Assembly (NCBI GenBank): GCA_035936995.1
Contig: DASYVR010000002.1
Coordinates: 5,311-69,310, forward strand
Direction: 5' to 3'
Length of the DNA: 64,000 nucleotides
Source of the DNA: Candidatus Dormiibacterota bacterium
GTDB lineage: Bacteria; Chloroflexota; Dormibacteria; CF-121
Shown here: positions 37,631 through 46,044 of the stretch, piece by piece
How positions within the stretch are numbered: position 1 is the stretch's first letter
Layout: the number at the start of each line of letters is the position of its first letter
The notes under the pieces: generated by a model
Told to the model about the DNA's origin: nothing
Database searches by the model: none
What the model saw: the letters and a program-made list of their open reading frames with translations, nothing else
Translations under genes and position numbers: made by a program

Positions 37631-39397
37631 ATGCCCGTCATCATGCCACGCTTCAGCCATCGGCTGGCCTTGAAGATCGTCCTGCCGTTCGCCGCCCTGA
37701 CGCTGGCGATCGGGGCCGTCGGCACCCTGACCGCTACCGGAGAACTGAGCGCCCGCAGCCAGGGAGCCTTCGACACCCAGCTGATCCACGATGGCTTCGT
37801 CGCCCAATCGATGGTCCAGGCCGGCGACGCCAGGCGACAGGCGATCCTCCGCCTGCTGGCCGGCGGGTCCGGGCTCAGCCAGAGCTGGGACCAAACCCCG
37901 GCGTTGCAGGCCTGGTTGGAGCGGGCGCTGACGATTCATCCCAACGTCATCGTCGAGGCGGTCGACACCTCGGGCCGGGAGATCGTCGGGGTCGTCGGCC
38001 ATGGTGCGCTTGCCGACACGGTGACGCAGAATCATGACCTGAGCGCCTGGCCGGGCCTCAGCTACATGCTGAGCGGCGGCGCATCGTCCCTCGACGTGGT
38101 CGCCTCCGCCCCCGGGCGCGCGGTATTCACCGGGCAGCCGGTGCACAGTGGCACCGGCAAATTGCTCGGCGCCATCCTGGTCGGCGATTATCTCGACGAT
38201 CGGGCGGCGGCGATCAAGACCTCGCTGCACGACGACATCACCTACTACGACGTCAACGGCCAGGTGCTGAGCACCTCGTTGGGCATCCCGCCCGCGCAAT
38301 GGTCCACGCTGGCGCTCGACTCGGGTACGCGTAATCGCGTGAGTCCGACCAGCGTCGTCGAGCTGTCTCGGATGGCGGGGGGCCCCGGGATGGAGCTCAT
38401 CTTCCCCTGGACCCTGCGCACGGCGAATCTCGGTTACGTCGGGACCACGGCCTCCAGCGCCGGCCTGCTGGCGGATACCAACCAGCTGCGCCTCATCCTG
38501 GTCACGCTGTTCCTCGCCGGCGTGCTGTTCACGCTCTTGATCGGCATCTGGTTGGCGCGCCGCATCACACGCCCGGTGCATCGCCTGGTCGAGGCGACCC
38601 GGCTGGTCAGCGCCGGCGACCTCGAGCACCAGGCGCCGGTGACGACGCGCGACGAGATCGGTGAGCTTACGGAGTCCTTCAACCAGATGACCCGCAGCCT
38701 GAAGGAGAAGAGCGCCTCATTGAAGGGCACCATGACGCAGCTGCAGGACACCTACCTGATGACGATCGAGGCACTGGCGGCCGCGGTCGAGGCGCGGGAT
38801 CCGTATACGCACGGCCACACTCGGCGCGTGGAGGAGTACGCCGTCATCATGGCGACGGCGCTCGGTTGCGACGAGGCGGAGGTCAGCGCCATCCGCAGGG
38901 CCAGCGTGCTTCACGACATCGGCAAGATCGGCATCGAAGACCTGATCCTTCGCAAGCAGGGCCGGCTCGAGCCCGAGGAGGAGCTCCGGATGCAGAAGCA
39001 CCCGGTGATCGGGGTCGACATGCTAAAGGGCATCGACTTTCTCGATCCGGTGCTGCCGCTGGTGCGCAATCATCACGAGCGCTGGGACGGCAACGGCTAC
39101 CCCGATCAATTGCGGGCCGACGAGATCCCGATGGGTGCTCGCATCCTCGCGGTCGCCGACGCGCTTGATGCCATGACCTCCGACCGGCCCTACCGCGCGG
39201 CACGCACCTTCGAATACGCAAAGGCCGAGATTCTGAAGGGCTCGGCGACCCACTTCGACCCCGAGGTCGTCACCGCGTTCATCATGAGCCAGCGGGCGGT
39301 CGAGGAGCTGCTCCGCGAGGCCGCCGAGGAAGAGCTGGAGCACCACCCGGAACCGGACGACCTCGGCGGCTGGCGCAGGCACGTCGTCGGCCGCTAA
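37631..39397 (+). CDS. Membrane sensor-HAMP-HD-GYP phosphodiesterase
   Basis: Two TM around a sensor domain; HAMP (DEIGEL); HDIGK; HHERWDGNGYP. Confidence 0.92.
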   Translation: MPVIMPRFSHRLALKIVLPFAALTLAIGAVGTLTATGELSARSQGAFDTQLIHDGFVAQSMVQAGDARRQAILRLLAGGSGLSQSWDQTPALQAWLERALTIHPNVIVEAVDTSGREIVGVVGHGALADTVTQNHDLSAWPGLSYMLSGGASSLDVVASAPGRAVFTGQPVHSGTGKLLGAILVGDYLDDRAAAIKTSLHDDITYYDVNGQVLSTSLGIPPAQWSTLALDSGTRNRVSPTSVVELSRMAGGPGMELIFPWTLRTANLGYVGTTASSAGLLADTNQLRLILVTLFLAGVLFTLLIGIWLARRITRPVHRLVEATRLVSAGDLEHQAPVTTRDEIGELTESFNQMTRSLKEKSASLKGTMTQLQDTYLMTIEALAAAVEARDPYTHGHTRRVEEYAVIMATALGCDEAEVSAIRRASVLHDIGKIGIEDLILRKQGRLEPEEELRMQKHPVIGVDMLKGIDFLDPVLPLVRNHHERWDGNGYPDQLRADEIPMGARILAVADALDAMTSDRPYRAARTFEYAKAEILKGSATHFDPEVVTAFIMSQRAVEELLREAAEEELEHHPEPDDLGGWRRHVVGR

Positions 39398-39417
39398 ACG
39401 AGCCTCAAGTCTTCAAG

Positions 39418-39451
39418 TTCCCTCCCGCTGTGGGGGAGGGCAGGGTGGGGG
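39418..39451 (+). repeat. Hairpin/G-tract repeat
   Basis: TTCCCTCCCGCTGTGGGGGAGGGCAGGGTGGGGG. Confidence 0.9.
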
Positions 39452-39453
39452 CT

Positions 39454-40005
39454 CTATTTCACCAGGCCTGGCAGCAGCGAGGGCAAGATCGGAACCGGCA
39501 GAATGCTGGTCAGCGGCAGCGGTAGCAGGCTGGGGGCCGCCGGCGGCATGGCCACTGGGGGCAGTATCGGCGGGCTGGGGGTCGGCGTTGGCGTCGGCAA
39601 CGGTAACGGCGGCGGCCTCGGCAATGGTAACGGCGTCGGCGTCGGCAACGGTAACCGCTTCGGCGTCGGCAACGATAGCGGCGTTGGCGTCGGCAGTGGA
39701 ACCGCCGTTGGCGTCGGCAGCACCGGATCAGCCGCGACAGGGTTCGGCATTCCCGAAAGCAACGATGCACCGGGTCCGCCACCGGCATCCTGCTGGGCGT
39801 CCTGGAACACCCGGAGCGAAAGTGGCGCGGGTCGCTGGGCCGAGTCGCCCGCGTAGCTCGCCAGGCTGAGCCCGTGGACGTTGACCCCGATCGCGAGTAG
39901 GCCGGGGAGATTCGACACGAGGAGCGCCGTCAGCCAGAACAGCAATGCGAACGCCGGGAGCGAGGCGAGGATGGCGAGGTAACGCAGCGGACGGATGCGG
40001 TTCAT
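39454..40005 (-). CDS. Membrane-anchored Pro/Thr-rich protein
   Basis: N-terminal TM; (PTPTPLPL)-like repeats; ATGA overlap with the HD-GYP gene. Confidence 0.65.
   Translation of the reverse strand: MNRIRPLRYLAILASLPAFALLFWLTALLVSNLPGLLAIGVNVHGLSLASYAGDSAQRPAPLSLRVFQDAQQDAGGGPGASLLSGMPNPVAADPVLPTPTAVPLPTPTPLSLPTPKRLPLPTPTPLPLPRPPPLPLPTPTPTPSPPILPPVAMPPAAPSLLPLPLTSILPVPILPSLLPGLVK
39583..39721. repeat. About 6 x 24-bp coding tandem repeat
   Basis: Consecutive variants of CGGCGTTGGCGTCGGCAACGGTAA. Confidence 0.85.
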
Positions 40006-41702
40006 GCCGCCTCAGGCTGCGCGCTCGTCGCGCCAACCTTGCCCATCCGTCGCACCAGCGCCTCGACCGCCCCTTGCCGCGCCAGGAACGCGGTCACGAC
40101 GTCAGGATCGAACTGCAGGCCGGCCTCGATCCGGATGGCCGCGGTCGCTGCCTCGTAGCTCAGCCCCTCGCGATAGGGCCGGTCCGAGGTCATAGCATCG
40201 AAGACGTCGGCCACCGCCAGGATCCGTACCGGCAGCGGGATCGCGGTCCCGGCCAACCCGGTCGGATAGCCGGCGCCGTCCCAGCGCTCGTGGTGATAAA
40301 GTACGCCGGGCAAGCTGGGTTGCAAGAAGCGAAGGCCCTTGAGCATGTCGTAGCCGATCCGCGGATGCTCGCGCATCTCGCCCGCCTCGGCCGCGGTCAG
40401 TGGACTCGGTTTGCGCAGCACCTTGTCCTCGACGCCGATCTTCCCGATGTCGTGCAGCAGCGCCGCCCGGCGCAGCGCCTCGCGATCCTTTGCCGTCAGC
40501 TGCATCGCGTCGGCGATTTCGACGCTGATCGCCGCCACCCGGGCCGAGTGGCCGAACGTGGATGCGTCGCGGGCGTCGATCGCCCGAGCAAGCGCCTCCA
40601 TGCTGGCGAACGTCGTCTCCTCCAGGGCGCCGGTCTTCTCCTCGAGGCTGGCGGTCACGTCGTTGAAGGTCCGGGCGAGGTAGCCGATTTCGTCCCGTGA
40701 GACGACTGCGGCCCGATGCCGCAGGTCGCCCGCGGAAACGGCCCGCATCGACCGCACCAGCAGGTCGATCGGCCGGGTCAGCCGCGAGGCGGTGACCGTT
40801 CCCACCAGCAGCGTGAGTAAGGCGGCGGCGGTGAAGACCAGGGTGAGGACCAGCCGGAGCTGTGCCACCAGGCTCAACAATGGGTCGGCGTTGGCCTGGA
40901 CGGCGAGGTAGCCAAGCTGGCTCCCGCGCATGATCCAGGTGCTAAACAGGGCGCCGTAGGCGTGGTCGCCGCGAGTGTCGTCCATCCGAACCGCCTTAAG
41001 CGTCGTGACCTGCCGCCGGATCGCGTCGGTCGCCAGCGGCGCACTCGGGAGGCCGCTGGCGAGCGGCGTGCCCGAAATGTCGTAAAGGGCAGATCCCGGG
41101 ACGGCCGCGGCGATCTCGGCGAGGGACTCGCCGACCAGGACCGCTCCGACGATTCGTCCCCCTGCGACGTGGACCGGTCCAGCCCAATAGAGAGCGGGCT
41201 GGGCTCCCGTGGGAGAGAGGAAAATTCGTCGCTCGCCCTGCGCGTCCGTTTCACCCGCAAGGACCTTGACCACGGCTGGCTCGGCGGTGAACGCGCCGGC
41301 GTCGGTGACGCTGGCCGAGCCCAGCCCGTCGCGTGTGCTCTCGACGCGAAGCACGTCCTCGCCACGAATATCGAGAACGACCAGCTGGATGCTGGAGACG
41401 GTCGGCTTGAGATTGGCGGCGATCGGCGTCAGCAGCCGGGTCAGGCCGCCGATGTCGCCGGAGGCGAGCGCCTCCGGCACGCCCACCGTGTCGGTCGCCT
41501 GCCGCAGGTCGGCCATCCGGGCGGCTTCGAGTTGCGCCATCGACTGGTTGGCGACCAGGCTGCTCCTGAGCAGGTTGGCGTCGAACACCGCGTCCGCGGC
41601 GTCGGTCAGCCGCGCCGTCGCCACGCCGGTGCCGATCACGCCCACGAAGATGAGCAGCACGGCAAACGGCAGAATGATCTTGTAACGGATGGAAAGCCGC
41701 AT
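40002..41702 (-). CDS. Membrane sensor-HAMP-HD-GYP phosphodiesterase (paralog)
   Basis: KIILPF TM, HAMP, HDIGK, HHERWDGAGYP. Confidence 0.92.
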   Translation of the reverse strand: MRLSIRYKIILPFAVLLIFVGVIGTGVATARLTDAADAVFDANLLRSSLVANQSMAQLEAARMADLRQATDTVGVPEALASGDIGGLTRLLTPIAANLKPTVSSIQLVVLDIRGEDVLRVESTRDGLGSASVTDAGAFTAEPAVVKVLAGETDAQGERRIFLSPTGAQPALYWAGPVHVAGGRIVGAVLVGESLAEIAAAVPGSALYDISGTPLASGLPSAPLATDAIRRQVTTLKAVRMDDTRGDHAYGALFSTWIMRGSQLGYLAVQANADPLLSLVAQLRLVLTLVFTAAALLTLLVGTVTASRLTRPIDLLVRSMRAVSAGDLRHRAAVVSRDEIGYLARTFNDVTASLEEKTGALEETTFASMEALARAIDARDASTFGHSARVAAISVEIADAMQLTAKDREALRRAALLHDIGKIGVEDKVLRKPSPLTAAEAGEMREHPRIGYDMLKGLRFLQPSLPGVLYHHERWDGAGYPTGLAGTAIPLPVRILAVADVFDAMTSDRPYREGLSYEAATAAIRIEAGLQFDPDVVTAFLARQGAVEALVRRMGKVGATSAQPEAA

Positions 41703-41833
41703 GGGGCTGACCCGATGATCTTGCGACTGGGTTGCGACGATCGTTGCATTCGCGTGATGGGCGCCTTCTTGGGCCATTCGGATTCGGGGGAATGCCGACC
41801 GGCCGATGCCTGCTGGGCCGTTTAGCTGATTCA

Positions 41834-41899
41834 TCCCTCCCCCTTGGTGGGAAGGTCGACATTCTTCCCTCCCCCTCTGGGGGCGGGTCAGGGTGGGGG
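41834..41899 (+). repeat. Hairpin/G-tract repeat (partial + full unit)
   Basis: TTCCCTCCCCCTCTGGGGGCGGGTCAGGGTGGGGG. Confidence 0.9.
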
Positions 41900-42187
41900 T
41901 TAGTCGCCCTTGGCTCGGCGCGACTCCCAGAACGCCAGCCCGCGCCGAAGTCGCTGCATCTCTGCCTCGAGGAACGGGATGTCGTTCCCACCCAGCTCCC
42001 TGTTGGTTTCTGGAACCTTCTCGATGTGCTCGCGTGTCTCGCTCAGCAGACGCTCCTTGAACGCGACCATGTCTCGATAGACGGCGCGCCAGTGCGCGAT
42101 GTCATCGGCGTCGGCGGTGTCGCGATTTTCGCCTTCCATCAGCCGGTCGAAGTCGATAATTCGCTTGAGGAAGTCAGGCGGCTCCAT
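41900..42187 (-). CDS. Small helical hypothetical protein
   Basis: MEPPDFLKRII...HWRAVY...LAFWE; host-like codon usage. Confidence 0.65.
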   Translation of the reverse strand: MEPPDFLKRIIDFDRLMEGENRDTADADDIAHWRAVYRDMVAFKERLLSETREHIEKVPETNRELGGNDIPFLEAEMQRLRRGLAFWESRRAKGD

Positions 42188-42225
42188 GGCTGCCAATGAT
42201 AGGGACTTGTTTAAGCCCGATTCCA

Positions 42226-43155
42226 ATGGGTACGACCGACCAAATGGTCTCCGATGTCGAGCTCCTCGACGCCTATTCCCGCTCCGTGATCGCGGTCGTC
42301 GAGCTGGTGGGACCGGCCGTGGTGGGCGTCAGCGGCGTTGGGACCGGACTGCTGATCACGCCGGATGGCTATGCGCTCACCAACAGTCACGTCGCCAGCG
42401 CGGTCAAAGCGTACGAGCTGACGCTGCGCGACGGCACCGTACTCAAGGCTGACCTGGTCGGGCGGGATCCTCATACCGACCTCGCCGTGTTGCGGGCATC
42501 GGGCACCGGGCTTCCGCATGCTCGACTGGGCGATTCCGGCCAGCTCCAAGTTGGCCAGCTGGTAGTGGCCATCGGGCATCCTTTTGGCTTTCAATCGACC
42601 GTGACGACGGGCGTTGTCAGCGCGCTCGGCCGGACGATGCGGTCGCAGACCGGCCGCACCATCGAGAACATCATTCAGACGGATGCCGCCCTGAACCCGG
42701 GAAACTCCGGTGGCCCCCTGGTCGACACCCGCGGCCAGGTGGTCGGCATCAACACGGCGATCATCGCCACGGCGCAGGGGATCTGCTTCGCGGTGCCGAG
42801 CAACACCGCCCAGCGCGTGGTATCGCTGCTGATTCGGGACGGCCGGGTCGTCCGCTCCTACGTCGGCATCACCGGCGAGACCTGGCCCATCCACCGCCGC
42901 GTCAACCGCTATTACCACCTCGACCAGGACGGCGGCGTCCGGGTTGCCCATCTCGATCCGAATGGGCCGGCGCAGCGCGCCGGACTGAAGAAGGAGGACG
43001 TCCTCGTCAGCCTCGCGGATCACCCGATCAAAGGCGTCGACGACCTCCAGCATTTCCTCACCGACTGGCCGGTCGGCATCCCCGCCGAAGCGCAGGTGCT
43101 GCGCGGAACCGACCTGCTCCGGCGCAGCATCATCCCGGGCGAGCTCAAGAGCTAG
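42226..43155 (+). CDS. HtrA/DegP-like serine protease (trypsin + PDZ)
   Basis: TNSHV, TDLAV, IQTDAALNPGNSGGPL. Confidence 0.92.
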   Translation: MGTTDQMVSDVELLDAYSRSVIAVVELVGPAVVGVSGVGTGLLITPDGYALTNSHVASAVKAYELTLRDGTVLKADLVGRDPHTDLAVLRASGTGLPHARLGDSGQLQVGQLVVAIGHPFGFQSTVTTGVVSALGRTMRSQTGRTIENIIQTDAALNPGNSGGPLVDTRGQVVGINTAIIATAQGICFAVPSNTAQRVVSLLIRDGRVVRSYVGITGETWPIHRRVNRYYHLDQDGGVRVAHLDPNGPAQRAGLKKEDVLVSLADHPIKGVDDLQHFLTDWPVGIPAEAQVLRGTDLLRRSIIPGELKS

Positions 43156-43670
43156 CCGGCGGCGCGTTCGCCTCGACCAGCAGGCTCCATGAGTCTCGGA
43201 CACCGATCACGAACAAGAGAATGAACATGCCGGTGGCGACCTGGTCGACCGCCGTGGGGTCGGACGAACGCAGTTGCGCGATGCCGCCGATGGCCAGGTA
43301 TACGTAGACCAGCACCGGCGCGACCATCAACCACGCCGTCTGCCACAGCCGGAATTCGATGCGCCCCTGTAGCTTGTCGCGCCAGACCGGGATCCAGGTG
43401 CGGACGTCCGAAAGATCCCAGTTGCTGAGGCCGCGATCACGACCAGTGCCCGGGTACGCGTGGGCTGATTCGGAAGGAGCAGGAAGAGCGAAAGGGCAAA
43501 CAGGGTCGCGAAGACGGCGAAGGTCGATCGGGCCCATGGCGTGCCGGCGGCCGATGGCGACGCCGCCGGCGAGGGGCGGCCCGATCTGCACCGCCACGAG
43601 CAGCAGGCCCACCAGCGTGGCCGCCGCGCCGGCGCTTACCACGTAGAAGGTAGTCAACCTGGCCCACAGC
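43145..43670 (-). pseudogene. Membrane protein with two compensating frameshifts
   Basis: 'AGAAATLVGLLLVAV' TM, then the hydrophobic continuation ARSTFAVFATLFALSLFLLLP lies in another frame between about 43535 and 43405. Confidence 0.6.
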
Positions 43671-43679
43671 CTAGCGATC

Positions 43680-44300
43680 TCAGCCGGTCAGCGCCGCGCC
43701 GACGGTGACCACGCCGAACCCCAGGAGCGCGACTCCCGAGACGATGCCGATGCCCCGGATAACGGCTGGCGTCAGCCGCTCGCGCAGTCGGCTCGCGACG
43801 CCGGTCAGAACAACCCACCAGCTCAGCGACCCGAGCAAGACGCCAATAACCAGCGCGAGCGCCGTTATCCAACCCGCCGCGACATGGGTGCCCAACCCGG
43901 CGAATACAGCGGTGAACGACAGGATCGTCGGCGGGTTACCGAGGGTCAACGCCACCATTGACCCGGAGGCGCCGGCCAGCCCGCTTTTGTTTCCCTCCCG
44001 CTTTGGGGGAGGATCAGGGTGGGGGACTTTGAGCGTTCGAAGCCCAATAAGGGCGATCGCGATGCCACCCACCAGGCCGATCCAACGGCGCTCCGCGATC
44101 AGAACGCCGGTGACCGCCGCAACGCCGAAGGCCGCCAGCGCCGCATAGGTGGCGTCGCCGGTGGCGACGCCGAGACCGGAGCTCAGACCGCTAGGCCAGC
44201 CGCGGGCGAGCGTGCGGCGGAGGACCAGGAAGAAGATCGGGCCCGGTGAGGCCGCGATCGGGAACCCGACGAGGAATCCGAGGACAACCGCCCTGGCCAT
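43680..44300 (-). CDS. LysE family translocator with an in-frame repeat insertion
   Basis: SPGP, G.G.ATGD and LTLGNP motifs. Confidence 0.9.
   Translation of the reverse strand: MARAVVLGFLVGFPIAASPGPIFFLVLRRTLARGWPSGLSSGLGVATGDATYAALAAFGVAAVTGVLIAERRWIGLVGGIAIALIGLRTLKVPHPDPPPKREGNKSGLAGASGSMVALTLGNPPTILSFTAVFAGLGTHVAAGWITALALVIGVLLGSLSWWVVLTGVASRLRERLTPAVIRGIGIVSGVALLGFGVVTVGAALTG
43991..44025 (+). repeat. Hairpin/G-tract repeat inside lysE
   Basis: TTCCCTCCCGCTTTGGGGGAGGATCAGGGTGGGGG, read as PHPDPPPKREG on the minus strand. Confidence 0.85.
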
Positions 44301-44386
44301 CCGCCTTCACGGCACCAATGGTATGACACGAGCACAGGTCTGCCGGTCTCGGGAAGGCAAAGCCGGCAGAACCTGTAGAAAGTGAA

Positions 44387-44562
44387 GCGACCCATCGTTA
44401 CGGTTGATAACCCGCCAGTGTGACCCAACGAGCCCTTACCGCCGCCCAGTCCAACCGTTTCCAGAAGGACCTTCACTCCGTACTAATCGAGTCCTTGCGG
44501 GCCCGGGGTTCGGGAGCCCACCGATGTCGTTTCCGTCATCGGCTGGCTTTCTGACAGGTCGC
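44387..44562 (-). ncRNA. Unrecognised structured ncRNA, copy A (about 176 nt)
   Basis: Homologous to 50463-50709; closing stem GCGACCUGUC/GAUGGGUCGC; GNRA hairpins; own promoter; U-rich tail. Confidence 0.8.
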
Positions 44563-44569
44563 GGGCGTA

Positions 44570-44628
44570 AGCGTAAAGGCCGTCCAGATCTCCCGCAACT
44601 CCAAACTGCGGTTCGCAAACGCGCGTGC
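44570..44628 (-). promoter_or_regulatory. Sigma70-type promoter TTGCGG-N17-TACGCT with two upstream LexA-like boxes
   Basis: -10 at 44570-44575, -35 at 44593-44598; boxes at 44603-44614 and 44617-44628; same geometry at copy B. Confidence 0.7.
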
Positions 44629-44649
44629 GCTCGGGCGCTGGATCTCTGT

Positions 44650-44687
44650 TTCCCTCCCCCCTTGCTGGGGAGGGTCAGCGTGGGGGG
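44650..44687 (+). repeat. Hairpin/G-tract repeat containing the aminotransferase stop codon
   Basis: TTCCCTCCCCCCTTGCTGGGGAGGGTCAGCGTGGGGGG. Confidence 0.85.
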
Positions 44688-45859
44688 TAGTGCCGTTTGA
44701 CGAATGCCGCGATTCGGTTTGCAGCCTCCGCCAGCCTCTCCTCCGGCTCGTTGGTGAAGATGAATCGCACGTGATGGTCGCCGAAGTCGTCGGCGCCCCA
44801 GGCGTTCATCGGCGTGATGGCGACGTTCTCCTCCTCGAGGAGCTTGCGACAGAAGTCCCGCGCCGAGACCGCAAGCGCCCTGATGTTGGCAATGAAAAAA
44901 TAGCCGCCGTCCGGGGCGACAACCCGCAACCCGGGAATCCTCGCCAGGCCGGCAATGAGGACATCGCGTCGGCGCTGATACGCCGCCGCCGACTCGGTCA
45001 GGTATTGCTGCGGTCCGGCTAACGCAGCCGCGGCTCCGGCTTCCGAGTGGCCGCTCGCCATGATCCCATTGAAAATGTGGACGTCGTGGACGGGCCGCAT
45101 CAATTCGCGGGGACCGACCGCCCACCCGATCCGCCAGCCAATCATGTTGTAGTTCTTCGTTACGCCGCCGACGATGATGGTTCGCTCCTTCATCGCGGGC
45201 AGCGTGGCCGGGTTGACAACCTCCATCCCGTCGAAGACCACTTTGTCGACGGCGCCGTTAAAGATGAGCAGGGCGTCGCTCTCCCGGGCAGCGGTCGCAA
45301 TCAGCTCCGTCTCGTCTCGGCGGAACACGACCCCGGTCGGCATTGACGGAGAGCCGTAAAAGATTGCCGTGCAACCGCGCGCGGCCCGCCGGAGGTCCGC
45401 GGCGTTGAGATGCCAGCCATCGGCCTCCACCTGGTCGGTGAAGACTTGCACGCCGCCGGCGAGGCGGACGCGCTGCGCCATCCCGTTATAGGTCGGGTTG
45501 GTCATCAGGACTCTGTCGCCATCGTTGACGTAGCTCAAAAGGACGTCCAGCATGGCTTCCCCGACACCGGAGGTGACGACGATCTCGCCGTCGGGATCGT
45601 ATTGGAGTCCGAGGTCTGACCGGTACCGGTCAGCGATCGCCTGGCGCAGCTCAGGCAGGCCGTGCAGCGGGAGATAGCTGTTGTAGCGGTCCTCGCCAAT
45701 GGCATCCCTCGTCGCCTGGACGGCGTGGGCTGGCGGCGGGTAATTGGAGTCCGCGTTCTCCAGCCGGATGCACCCCGGCCGCTGATCCGCGAGCTCGGCC
45801 ATGTCGGCCATCGTCATTCGAACCATGGATCGCACCCGGGCAGACGTTGGCGGTGGCAT
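44675..45859 (-). CDS. PLP-dependent aminotransferase class I/II
   Basis: Y.P..G..ELR, S..MPTG and TK.YNMIGWRIG motifs; start may be a downstream ATG. Confidence 0.9.
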   Translation of the reverse strand: MPPPTSARVRSMVRMTMADMAELADQRPGCIRLENADSNYPPPAHAVQATRDAIGEDRYNSYLPLHGLPELRQAIADRYRSDLGLQYDPDGEIVVTSGVGEAMLDVLLSYVNDGDRVLMTNPTYNGMAQRVRLAGGVQVFTDQVEADGWHLNAADLRRAARGCTAIFYGSPSMPTGVVFRRDETELIATAARESDALLIFNGAVDKVVFDGMEVVNPATLPAMKERTIIVGGVTKNYNMIGWRIGWAVGPRELMRPVHDVHIFNGIMASGHSEAGAAAALAGPQQYLTESAAAYQRRRDVLIAGLARIPGLRVVAPDGGYFFIANIRALAVSARDFCRKLLEEENVAITPMNAWGADDFGDHHVRFIFTNEPEERLAEAANRIAAFVKRHYPPR

Positions 45860-46044
45860 CAGGCCTTCCCTCCTCTCGCTCTCAGTATTTGCTGGCTTCG
45901 AAGAAGCTGCCGCAGACGTGGCACTTGCATTGCATCGTCATCACCTGCGATCCGAACAACGAGATGACCTCGGTCTCCGTCGATCTGCAGAATGGGCATC
46001 GCGTCGACGGTAGCGAGGGCTCGGTAAATTTCCCTCCCCCTTTA

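Noticed and set aside
39583-39721. 24-bp tandem repeats as a CRISPR-like array
   Set aside because: No unique spacers; the unit is a multiple of 3 and encodes a Pro/Thr linker; no cas genes
44301-44562. Copy A as a riboswitch controlling lysE (e.g. cobalamin or lysine)
   Set aside because: Consensus motifs are absent or on the wrong strand (CCCGCAAC is explained as the -35 element); copy B has no co-oriented gene directly downstream. A cis effect on lysE is not fully excluded
44404-44700. Short ORFs over the two ncRNA loci (also 50439-50738)
   Set aside because: No shared reading frame between the homologous copies; conservation follows base pairing, not codons
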